Shown piece after piece: positions 25,160 to 34,164 of a stretch of 64,000 nt of DNA (the first letter of the stretch is position 1; each line of letters opens with the position of its first letter). The translations under genes and the position numbers were made by a program. Origin of the DNA: Terriglobia bacterium. GTDB taxonomy: Bacteria; Acidobacteriota; Polarisedimenticolia; Polarisedimenticolales; JAIQFR01. The stretch is taken from contig CAVVHE010000004.1 in NCBI GenBank assembly GCA_963748015.1, positions 320,001-384,000 of the forward strand, in the 5' to 3' direction. The notes beneath the pieces are model-generated. The model was not told where the DNA came from, searched no databases, and was given only the letters and a program-made list of their open reading frames with translations.

Positions 25160-27364
25160 TCAGCTGGTGAGGTCGAGGATCCGGCGATATCGAGGGTTGG
25201 AGGCGAGAGAGGGAAGGACGGGGTCGTTCTCGATCAGGGCCTTCTTGAGCCCGAGTTTCACCGCCTTCTCGAGCCAGTCCAGGGCCGCGTCGGGTCTTCC
25301 CGCCAGGCACTGAATGACGGCGTGCTGGAAATCCACGTCGGCGCTCTCGGCCTGAGTCCGGACGGCCCATTCGTCCTGCTCCAGTGCGCACGGCAGGTCG
25401 CCGGCGCGCGCGCAGTACATCCCGAGGGTCATCCTCGCGTTTCCGTCGCGCGGGGTCGTCTCGACGTCCTTTCTGGCAAGAGCCACGGCCTCCAAGTAGG
25501 CCTGGCGGGCCTCGTCCTGTTTGCCCAGCATCGTTAGCGCGTCGCCCAGGTTGGCGCGGTGGGTCGCCTTTGCAGGCTGTATCACCGCCGCGCGTCGGTA
25601 GGTCGCCGCCGCCTGGTCGAATCGCTTGCCGTAGTAGTAGGCCGTGCCGAGATTCGACAGCGCGCTCCCGTTTTCCTCGATCTCGAGCGAGCGCTCGAAC
25701 GGCAGGATGGCGTCCGCCGGCCGGTTCAGGTACAGGTACATCGCGCCGAGGTTGTTCCAGGCCATCGTGCTCCTCGGGTTCATCTCGATGGCCTTGGCAT
25801 ACGCCCTGGCGGCCTCGTCGTACTCCTTGAAGGTCTGCAGGAAGCGCCCCAGGAGGATCTGGTCGTTCGCGCTGCTCGGCTCCAGCGCGATCGCGTGCCG
25901 TATTGCGTCGAGGCCACACTCGTAGTCCCGCAACTCGCGGCAGGCCTTGTGAAGGTCGATCCAGGCCCCGTGCATGTTCGGGCTCCGGGCGACCACGGTG
26001 GTGAGAATGGTCCTCGCCGCCGTGAAATCCTTCAGCTCGAGGAATCCCCGGCCCTTCATGCTCAGCGCTTCCGGGAGGTTCGAGTCGATCTGAAGGGCTT
26101 GGTCTACGGCCCTCTCCGCTTCTTCCTTCGATGCGGCATCCTTTGTCCTGTTGAACCGGGTCCAGTACGTCCGCCCGAGAGCGGCCCAGGCAAGCGCGTA
26201 CCGCGGCTCCTCCGCGGTCGCGTTGCGGAACATCACGGCCGCGGTGTCGAAGTCTTCCACCTTGGCATCGCTCTTCTCGAGGTACTCCATTCCACGCTTG
26301 TAGAACCCCACCGCCTCCAGACTCGGCCGCCACTCGGGACGGGGCGCGCCCCCGGTCACGGCCCGCCAAACGAGGAAACCGACGAGCAGCGCCGCGGGGA
26401 TCCCGAGGACGACCAGAAGACGGAACCGCCAGGGCGAGTGCACCGGCGCGGGCTGCGGGGGGCCGGTCGGGACGTCGAGAAGACGCTGCAGCGCGACGAG
26501 GTCCGAGATGAGGTCCTCCGCGTCCTGGTACCGCTCTTCGGGCCGCTTCGCGAGGCACTTTCGGATGATCCGCTCCAGCTCCTGCGGGATCTCGTAGGTG
26601 TGCCGGGAGATCGCCTCGGGCTCGCGATGGAGGATCGCGTCCAGCATCTCTCCCTGCGGCGACGTGACGAAGGCCTTCTTCCCCGTGCAGGCCTCGTAGA
26701 GAAGCGCGCCGAACGAGAAGATGTCGGTTCTCGGATCCACGGGCTGGCCGAGCACCTGCTCGGGGGACATGTACCCCGGCGTTCCGACCACGTGCCCCGA
26801 CAGGCTGAGAGACGACGACTCCGTGGAGGCGGTGGTCTCGTCTCCCGGGGCGACGAAGCCGCGGGCCAGGCCGAAGTCGGTCAGACGCGCGAGGCCGTCC
26901 TTGCCGATGAGAACGTTCCTCGGCGTGAGGTCGCGGTGGAGGATGCGCTTGTGGTGGGCGGCCTGCAGCGCCCCGGCGAGCCCGATCGCGTGCTTCACGA
27001 CATCCGCGCAGGGGAGAGGGCCGTCCTTGTCCAGGATCTCGCGCAGGCTGCGCCCTTCGACCAGCTCCATGGCGAGCCACGGCCTGCCCTCGTGCTCGAA
27101 GACGTCGAAGATGTGGACCGCGTTGGGGTGCGAGAGGGCGGACGCGGAGCGGGCCTCGCGGAAGAAGCGCCGCCGCACCTCGGTGTCCTGGCCGATGTCC
27201 GGGCGGGGACACTTCAGCGCGACGTCCCGCCCTAGGTTGAGGTTCCTCGCGCGGTACACTATCCCCATGCCGCCGCGGCCGATCTCCGACAAGATCTCGT
27301 AGTGCGAGATCCTCTGGCCTGGCGCGGGCTCCACCGAGGACGCGGGACCTGAGAATTCCGGCAT
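25160..27364 (-). CDS. Hanks-type protein kinase with TM segment and C-terminal TPR array
   Basis: IGRGGMGIVY, VALK, HRDLTPRN, DFGLA, GTPGYMSPE, DIFSFG; TM FRLLVVLGIPAALLVGFLVW; TPRs (AWNNLG, ALSNLG). Confidence 0.92.
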   Translation of the reverse strand: MPEFSGPASSVEPAPGQRISHYEILSEIGRGGMGIVYRARNLNLGRDVALKCPRPDIGQDTEVRRRFFREARSASALSHPNAVHIFDVFEHEGRPWLAMELVEGRSLREILDKDGPLPCADVVKHAIGLAGALQAAHHKRILHRDLTPRNVLIGKDGLARLTDFGLARGFVAPGDETTASTESSSLSLSGHVVGTPGYMSPEQVLGQPVDPRTDIFSFGALLYEACTGKKAFVTSPQGEMLDAILHREPEAISRHTYEIPQELERIIRKCLAKRPEERYQDAEDLISDLVALQRLLDVPTGPPQPAPVHSPWRFRLLVVLGIPAALLVGFLVWRAVTGGAPRPEWRPSLEAVGFYKRGMEYLEKSDAKVEDFDTAAVMFRNATAEEPRYALAWAALGRTYWTRFNRTKDAASKEEAERAVDQALQIDSNLPEALSMKGRGFLELKDFTAARTILTTVVARSPNMHGAWIDLHKACRELRDYECGLDAIRHAIALEPSSANDQILLGRFLQTFKEYDEAARAYAKAIEMNPRSTMAWNNLGAMYLYLNRPADAILPFERSLEIEENGSALSNLGTAYYYGKRFDQAAATYRRAAVIQPAKATHRANLGDALTMLGKQDEARQAYLEAVALARKDVETTPRDGNARMTLGMYCARAGDLPCALEQDEWAVRTQAESADVDFQHAVIQCLAGRPDAALDWLEKAVKLGLKKALIENDPVLPSLASNPRYRRILDLTS

Positions 27365-27459
27365 CGGCTCGCCCCCCGGTACCAGAACGGCCGTACTCCC
27401 GGCGAGCTACTGCTTCGGCCCGACTCTAGCACGAAAGGGGCTGAATTCGGAGGTTTCTC

Positions 27460-30400
27460 CTACCGCGTTGTCGGGAACGGGGGCCGCTGCGGCGCGGGCC
27501 GGGGCTCCTCGGCGATCTTCTTCATGAGGTACTCGACCGCCTTCATGAGCTGCGCGTCGTACCCCTTCGCCATGCCAGCCGGGTCGAGGTCCGCCGTGAT
27601 GTCCGGCTCGACCCCCTCGTTCTCGATCACCCACTTCCCGTCGGTCGAGTAGACCCGGTAGTCGGGGGCCGTGAAGGAGCCGCCGTCCACCAGCGGCGTG
27701 AACATCGAGACCCCGACGAGGCCGCCCCAGGTTCGGGTGCCGATGACCGGTCCCATCTTCTTGAGCTGGAACTCCGCGGGGAGCATGTCGCCGCCCGAGC
27801 CGGCCTGCCGGTTCGTCAGCATCGCCTTGTGCGCCCGCGTGGCGACGAGCGGCGTCGCGTAGTCTCGCGAGTACCGCCGCGTCCAGTAGAAGAGGACCGG
27901 GCTGTCCATCCGGTTGAGGAACGGGTCGGGGTCGAGGCCGCCCGCGTTGAACCGCCCGTCCACGATCAGCCCTTCCTTCCGCGTCTGCCCGTACCAGTAG
28001 AGCGGGAACATCTCCGCCGATCCGGTGAACGTGTCGGGGAGGTGCAGGTAGCCGATCTTCCCGCCCGAGGCGGCCTCGACCGTCTTGAGATTGCGGTCGA
28101 GCCAGTCGAGATACCGGAACTTGGACTCGTCGGCGACGGGGACGGCAAGGACGTCGCGAGGGCTCGCGGCCTTCCCGCCCGAGGCGAGCGTGAGACGGAC
28201 CGGCCTGTCGGCCAGCCCCTGGAACGCCGCGTAGATTTCCCCCGCGATCGTGACCTCGCGGCCGTCCACCGCGATCAGGTAATCGCCTTCCTTGGCGTCG
28301 ACGCCCGGCGCCGCAAGCGGCGGGACCGCGCCCGTCGTCCAGTCGGGAGCGCGCAGGATCCGCGCGATCCTGTAGCGGCCGGCGGCGGTGTCAGCGGCCC
28401 AGTCGACCCCCAGCATCCCGACGGCAACCGGCTCGGGCTTGCGATGGCGGTCGCCCCCGTAGACGTACGTGTGGGACGTCGCCAGCTCCCCGATCAGCTC
28501 GCCGATCGTCCACCGGATCTCGGCCCGGCTCACCGCCGCGTCGATCAGCGGCTCGTACTTCTTCCCGATCGCGGCCCAGTCGAGTCCGTGCATCCCGGGC
28601 TCGTAGTAGTAGTCTCGCTCGGTGCGCCAGACCTCGCGGTAGATCTGCTTCCACTCGGCGCGCGGGTCGATGGTCATGGTGAGGTCCGCCAGGTCGATCG
28701 GCTCCGCCTTCGACTTCTCCTCTCCGGCGTCCGCCATCCCGATCTCGCTCCCCTTGCGCCAGACCAGCACCTTCCCGTCGGAGGAGAGCGCGTAGTCGTC
28801 CACGGCCTCGAGGACGGTGCGGGTCTTCCGCTCCTCGAGGTCGAAGGCCGCGAGCTTGCGGGTCCCGGGCTCGCGGATGTCGAACCGGTTGAAGTCCCCT
28901 TCGTCCCCGTCGAGGAAGAACAGGAGTCCCTTCCCCACGCCGAGCTCGCGGTAGTTGCCGCGGGGCAGCGGCAGGGGCTCGACGCGTCCCTCGATCCCGT
29001 CGAAGTCCACGACCGTCTTCGTCGGATTCTCCTTCGCCTCCGGGCCCTTCTCGGCCTCGAATCCCGCCTTCTCCTTCCACTTGGGCTTCCGGGGCTCGTC
29101 GCCGGTCTTCGGGGGGAGGAGCGCCGGGGCGCCCGCGCGGAGGGACAGGGCGTAGAGCCCGGCGACCTTCTTGTAGACCAGCTCGAAGTCCATGTCGCTG
29201 TAGGTCGGGTCGAAGCGGCGATTGCTCACGAAGAACAGCCGCTGCCCGTCCTCGGAGAAGACCGGTCCGAAGGAGTCGAGCAGGCCCGCGGTCACGGGCT
29301 TCGTCTCTTTCCTGTCGAGGGAGTGGATCCAGATGCGGTTGACGAGGTCGGCACCCATCTTGGTGTACGCGAGGAACCGGCCGTCGGGGGACCACGCGTG
29401 GTCGAAGATCGGCTTCGCGTCGATCGCCAGGTCCATGGCCTCGTACTCGGCCTGGTCCACCTTCGTGATCTGCTTGGTGTCCACGTCCACGTAGGAGAGG
29501 GTCAGCGTCTGGTCGGTGAACGCGAGCTTCTTGGAGTCGGGCGACCAGCGGAGCGCGAAGCGGTAGCCCTCCTTGTGCGTCGTCAGCCGGGCCGGCTTGC
29601 CCTTCCCGAGCGGATCGGCGAGCCAGATCTCGTACTCGCCGCCGCGGTCGGAAAAGAACGCGATCCACTTCCCGTCGGGGGACCAGGCCGCGTCCTTGTC
29701 TCGGGAGCCGGGGTCGCGCGAGAGGTTTCGGATCATCCCTTTCTCGCGGGGGACGGTGAAGACGTCGCCCCGGGCCACCACGACCGCGCGCGCGCCGTCC
29801 GGGGAAAGGCCGATCTGGGTGATCCAGTCCTTGACGTTCTTCACGTAGGGGCGGGTCTCCGGCGAGTCCTGGAGGATCTCGAAGGCGACCTGCTTCGCCT
29901 GGCCGCTCGCGGTGTCGAAGACCTCGAGCCCTCCGGCGCGGTCGAAGACGATCCTGCCGCCGCCGTCCGACGGCCGGCCGGCGTCGTAGTCGGTGTAGCG
30001 CGTGAGCTGCTTCTGCTGCCCGCCCTTCGGGTCGAGGGAGTAGAGGTTCAGCACGCCGTCCGGGTCGGCCTCGAAGTAGATCGTGCCGCCGATCCACATC
30101 GGGAACCGCTCGGTCCCGCGGGCGTCGGTCAGGCGACGGTCCGCGCCGGTGCGGAAATCGTACAGGTAGAGGTCGGGAGCGAGGCCGCCGCGGTAGCGCT
30201 TCCAGGTCCGGTCCTCGGTCGCGACGCGCGTGTAGGCGATCTGCGAGGCATCCGGCGAGTAGCTGCCCCAGCCGGCCTCCGGAAGCGGCAGCGCCTCGAG
30301 CCCCGAGCCGTCGGGAGCGATCAGGTAGAGGCGGGTGAAGCGGCTGTAGGCGTCGCGTCCCGACCTGAAGAGGATCTTGCCGCTCACGGGATGCCAGCCG

Positions 30401-30753
30401 ACGACCTCGTCGCGTCCGGGGTGGTAGGTGACGCGGGTGATGTCGCCCCCCTCGGTATTCATGACGTAGACGTCGGTGTTGCCGTCGTACTCGGCCGTGA
30501 AGGCGATCCGCTTCCCGTCGGGAGAGAACTTCGGGTACCGCTCCTCCCCCTCGTGGAAGGTGATCCGCTTCGCGACGCCCCCGGCGGCCGGGACGGTCCA
30601 GATGTCCTCGGCGTGGACGAAGGCGATCAGGTCGCCGTGGATGTCCGGCTGCGAGGCAAGGGCCTTCGGCGCGGCGGCGAGGACGCCGGGCATGGCGGGC
30701 AGGACGAGGGCTGCGAGCAGGAGGGGCAGCGCGACTCGAGCTGAGATCTGCAT
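27460..30753 (-). CDS. Tricorn protease homolog (S41B), second copy
   Basis: Start MQISARVALPLL; PKFSPDG, WKRYRGG, IGELATSHTY, DGRFNAGG, AGSGGD, RTWGGLVG, ENEGVEPD. Confidence 0.93.
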   Translation of the reverse strand: MQISARVALPLLLAALVLPAMPGVLAAAPKALASQPDIHGDLIAFVHAEDIWTVPAAGGVAKRITFHEGEERYPKFSPDGKRIAFTAEYDGNTDVYVMNTEGGDITRVTYHPGRDEVVGWHPVSGKILFRSGRDAYSRFTRLYLIAPDGSGLEALPLPEAGWGSYSPDASQIAYTRVATEDRTWKRYRGGLAPDLYLYDFRTGADRRLTDARGTERFPMWIGGTIYFEADPDGVLNLYSLDPKGGQQKQLTRYTDYDAGRPSDGGGRIVFDRAGGLEVFDTASGQAKQVAFEILQDSPETRPYVKNVKDWITQIGLSPDGARAVVVARGDVFTVPREKGMIRNLSRDPGSRDKDAAWSPDGKWIAFFSDRGGEYEIWLADPLGKGKPARLTTHKEGYRFALRWSPDSKKLAFTDQTLTLSYVDVDTKQITKVDQAEYEAMDLAIDAKPIFDHAWSPDGRFLAYTKMGADLVNRIWIHSLDRKETKPVTAGLLDSFGPVFSEDGQRLFFVSNRRFDPTYSDMDFELVYKKVAGLYALSLRAGAPALLPPKTGDEPRKPKWKEKAGFEAEKGPEAKENPTKTVVDFDGIEGRVEPLPLPRGNYRELGVGKGLLFFLDGDEGDFNRFDIREPGTRKLAAFDLEERKTRTVLEAVDDYALSSDGKVLVWRKGSEIGMADAGEEKSKAEPIDLADLTMTIDPRAEWKQIYREVWRTERDYYYEPGMHGLDWAAIGKKYEPLIDAAVSRAEIRWTIGELIGELATSHTYVYGGDRHRKPEPVAVGMLGVDWAADTAAGRYRIARILRAPDWTTGAVPPLAAPGVDAKEGDYLIAVDGREVTIAGEIYAAFQGLADRPVRLTLASGGKAASPRDVLAVPVADESKFRYLDWLDRNLKTVEAASGGKIGYLHLPDTFTGSAEMFPLYWYGQTRKEGLIVDGRFNAGGLDPDPFLNRMDSPVLFYWTRRYSRDYATPLVATRAHKAMLTNRQAGSGGDMLPAEFQLKKMGPVIGTRTWGGLVGVSMFTPLVDGGSFTAPDYRVYSTDGKWVIENEGVEPDITADLDPAGMAKGYDAQLMKAVEYLMKKIAEEPRPAPQRPPFPTTR

Positions 30754-30918
30754 GGGTCGAGATCCTCCAGAAAGCGGATTTCGCGGGCATGGTATACGGA
30801 ATCGCGTCCTCGGGGTTGCCTCGCCCGGCCGGCCTGAAACCCGCACGGACCGGGCACGTTATAGTGAGCGGCGCGAGCCGCCTCGCATCGCCGATTCCGG
30901 ATTCCGGAAGGGGGGAGC

Positions 30919-31851
30919 GTGACGCAGACCGCCGAGACCGGCGACGTCCTGATCGAGACCCAGGGCCTCACCCGATGCTTCGGCGAGGAGACGGCGGTGG
31001 ACCGTCTCGCGCTCAAGGTTCCGGCCGCGAGCGTCTTCGGATTCCTCGGACCGAACGGAGCGGGCAAGACCACCACCATCCGGATGCTCCTGGGGCTGAT
31101 CCGCCCCACCTCGGGAGAGGTGAGGTTGTTCGGCCGGCCGCTCGACGGCCACCGCCTCGACCTGCTCCGGCGGGTCGGCGCGCTGGTCGAGACCCCGAGC
31201 CTCTATCCGCAGTTGACCGGCCGCGAGAACCTGGAGGTCACCCGGCGCCTGCTCGACCTGCCGAAGAGCGCCATCGACCGGGCCCTCGATCTCGTGCGGA
31301 TGCGGTACGCGGCCGGGAAGCTCGTGCGCCATTACTCTCTGGGGATGCGCCAGCGCCTTGGCCTGGCCCTGTCCCTGCTGGCGGAGCCGTCGCTGCTGAT
31401 CCTCGACGAGCCGACCAACGGCCTCGACCCGGCCGGAATCCACGAGATCCGCGGCTTGATCGCCGCGCTGCCGCGAGAGCACGGCATGACCGTCTTCCTC
31501 TCGAGCCATCTCCTTAGCGAGGTCGAGCAGACGGCGAGCCATCTGGCGATCATCCATCGCGGCAAGCTGCTGTTCCAGGGCACGCTGGAGGCGCTTCAGG
31601 CCTGCCGCCGCAATCGGCTGGTGCTGGGCGTGGAGCGGCCCGAGGAGGCCCGCCGCCTCCTCGCCGCGGCCGGATGGCGGCTCTTGCCGGCGCAGGGCGA
31701 GCTGCTTCACGTCGAGGCCTCGGATGCCGCCGAGGCGGCGCGGGCGAACCGGTTGCTGGTGGAGGCCGGGCTGAACGTGACGCACGTCTCCCTGGAGCAG
31801 CCTTCCCTCGAGGAGACGTTCCTCAGCCTGACCGCGGAGGACGAGAGATGA
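30919..31851 (+). CDS. ABC transporter ATPase, LanF/BcrA-like
   Basis: GPNGAGKTT, LVETPSLY (E-loop), YSLGMRQRL, LDEPTNGLDP, SSHLLSEVE. Confidence 0.88.
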   Translation: MTQTAETGDVLIETQGLTRCFGEETAVDRLALKVPAASVFGFLGPNGAGKTTTIRMLLGLIRPTSGEVRLFGRPLDGHRLDLLRRVGALVETPSLYPQLTGRENLEVTRRLLDLPKSAIDRALDLVRMRYAAGKLVRHYSLGMRQRLGLALSLLAEPSLLILDEPTNGLDPAGIHEIRGLIAALPREHGMTVFLSSHLLSEVEQTASHLAIIHRGKLLFQGTLEALQACRRNRLVLGVERPEEARRLLAAAGWRLLPAQGELLHVEASDAAEAARANRLLVEAGLNVTHVSLEQPSLEETFLSLTAEDER

Positions 31852-32609
31852 CCCACCTGCTGCGCGCGCTGAGTGCCGAGGTGCTGAAGACCAGGCGAAC
31901 GCTCGCGCTCTGGATGGCGGTCCTCACCCCGGTGATCGTGTGCTTCGTGCAGGCCATGATCCTGCTTCGCTGGAAGGGACCCTTCGGCGGCGCGAAGGTC
32001 GACGCGTGGCACCTGTTCCTCGCGTATATCCTCGAGTTGTGGACGGGCGTCGCCCTGCCTCTGTTCATCACACTGGAGACCGCGCTGCTGGCCCACACGG
32101 AGCACGGCGAGAAGCAGTGGAAGCACCTCTTCGCCCTGCCGGTCCCGCGGTGGGCGTACTACGCGGCCAAGTGGCTGGTGACCGCGCTGCTCGTCCTGCT
32201 CGGTGAGATCGTCCTCGCGGGCGGCACCGTCCTGGCGGGCTACGCGGTGCGCTGGCTGAAGCCGGCACTCGACCTCGGGCCGGTCGCGCCGGTCGGTTTG
32301 CTGGTGCGGACCCTTCTCCTCGTGTACCTGATCTCTCTCCTGATTCTCTCCATCCACACCTGGGTCGCGCTACGTTTCCGCAGCTTCACGGTCAGCGTCG
32401 GGGTCGGGATGGCGGCCGCGGTCGTCAACATCATGGTCTTCAAGTCGGAAGACGCGATGCGCTACTACCCCTGGGCGCTGCCGTTGAACGCCCTGCCCGA
32501 GCTGGCCGCCCTCGCGAACATCCCCTACGCTCTCGCCGTCGGGATGCTCGGAGGCCTCGTCGTGGCCGTCGCAGGAACGTGGGAGACCGGGCGCCGCGAC
32601 GTGCTGTGA
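31848..32609 (+). CDS. ABC-2 permease, LanE/G-like
   Basis: ATGA overlap with the ATPase; AEVLKTRRT, EHGEKQWKHLFALPVPR..YYAAK; 6 TMs. Confidence 0.82.
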   Translation: MTHLLRALSAEVLKTRRTLALWMAVLTPVIVCFVQAMILLRWKGPFGGAKVDAWHLFLAYILELWTGVALPLFITLETALLAHTEHGEKQWKHLFALPVPRWAYYAAKWLVTALLVLLGEIVLAGGTVLAGYAVRWLKPALDLGPVAPVGLLVRTLLLVYLISLLILSIHTWVALRFRSFTVSVGVGMAAAVVNIMVFKSEDAMRYYPWALPLNALPELAALANIPYALAVGMLGGLVVAVAGTWETGRRDVL

Positions 32610-32669
32610 GCCCGGATCCGAGGGCCGGTGTATCGTAGCGGTTTTCGGGTTCCAGGGCAGGAGGCTCCC

Positions 32670-33998
32670 GTGAGGCGAATCAGGGCTTGGCAGGTGCTGG
32701 TTGTGCTCGCGGCCTGCGGTCTCGGCTGGGCAGGGGAGGCCGGGCCGCGCTTCTCGATATCCGATGCCGACGTCGAGGCGATCTACCCGGACGTCGAAAA
32801 GGTGTACGTGGATCTCCACCAGACTCCGGAGCTTTCAGGGCAGGAGGTCCGGACCGCCGCGAAGATGGCGGAGGCGCTGCGCAAGCTCGGCTACGACGTG
32901 ACGACGGGGGTCGGCGGCAACGGGGTGGTCGGCGTGCTGCGCAACGGCACGGGCCCCGTCGTGATGCTGCGAACGGACATGGACGCCTTGCCGGTCGAGG
33001 AGAGAACGGGCCTGCCGTACGCGAGCCGCGTCAAGGCGAAGAACCCCGCGGGGCAGGAAGTCGGCGTCATGCACGCCTGCGGGCACGACCTCCACATGTC
33101 CGCGTGGCTCGGCACCGCGCGGCTGATGGCGGAGAAGAAGAGCGGCTGGAGCGGCACCCTGGTCCTGATCGGGCAGCCGGCCGAGGAGCTGGCCGGCGGC
33201 GCCGTGCCGATGCTGAAGGACGGGCTGTACGCGCGCTTCCCGAAGCCGGACTACGTGCTGGCGATCCACGATCAGAGCGGGCTCCCCTCCGGCACGGTCG
33301 AGACCAACACGGGGTACGTGACCGCGAACGTGGATTCGGTGGACATCACCATCTACGGCCGCGGAAGCCACGGCGCGAAGCCGGAGCTCTCGGTGGACCC
33401 GATCGTGATCGCCGCGCGCACGGTCCTCACCCTCCAGACGCTGATCTCCCGCGAGAAGGACCCGCAGCAGCCGGCCGTGCTCACCGTGGGCTCGATCCAC
33501 GGCGGCACCAAGCACAACATCATCCCCGACGAGGTCAAGCTCCAGCTGACCGTGCGCACGTACTCGGAGGACGTGAGGACGCGCCTGCTCGAAGGGATCC
33601 GCAGGATCGCGAAGGCCGAAGCGGAGGCCGCGGGGGCGCCGAAGCCGCCGCTCGTCACCGAGGCGGAGGCGCGAGGTTACGCGATCTACAACGATCCCGA
33701 GCTGACGAAGCGCGTGGTCGCCGCGCTGGCGGCGCGCCTCGGGGCGGATCGCGTGAAGACGATGGTGCCGCAGATGGTGTCCGAGGACTTCTCGGAATAC
33801 GGCCGGGCCGGCGTGCCCTCGGCGATGCTCTTCGTCGGCGCCACGGAGCCCGCGCTCTGCGAGGCCGCGAAGAAGACCGGCGAGCCGCCGCCGTCGCTCC
33901 ACGCGCCAAACTTCGCCCCGGACCTCGAGCGGACCCTGAAAACCGCGATAGTCACGGAAACGACGGCACTCCTCGGCGTGCTCGGGCCGGGAAAGTAG
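32670..33998 (+). CDS. M20D amidohydrolase with signal peptide
   Basis: HQTPELS, LRTDMDALPVEE, MHACGHD, QPAEE, GSIHGGTKHNIIP, SEDFS. Confidence 0.92.
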   Translation: MRRIRAWQVLVVLAACGLGWAGEAGPRFSISDADVEAIYPDVEKVYVDLHQTPELSGQEVRTAAKMAEALRKLGYDVTTGVGGNGVVGVLRNGTGPVVMLRTDMDALPVEERTGLPYASRVKAKNPAGQEVGVMHACGHDLHMSAWLGTARLMAEKKSGWSGTLVLIGQPAEELAGGAVPMLKDGLYARFPKPDYVLAIHDQSGLPSGTVETNTGYVTANVDSVDITIYGRGSHGAKPELSVDPIVIAARTVLTLQTLISREKDPQQPAVLTVGSIHGGTKHNIIPDEVKLQLTVRTYSEDVRTRLLEGIRRIAKAEAEAAGAPKPPLVTEAEARGYAIYNDPELTKRVVAALAARLGADRVKTMVPQMVSEDFSEYGRAGVPSAMLFVGATEPALCEAAKKTGEPPPSLHAPNFAPDLERTLKTAIVTETTALLGVLGPGK

Positions 33999-34164
33999 AG
34001 GAAACTGCCGGCACGGCTTGCCCGGGGCCGCTCCGGCTCTCATCTTTTCACCAGGACTCGCCAGCCGGGCCGGACGCGCGCGGGTGCGCGTGCTCCGAGG
34101 CCGGCCCCGGGCCGAGACGCGGGGGGAACTCGGCCGCGACCACCGTCGCAGAAAGCGAATCGGA

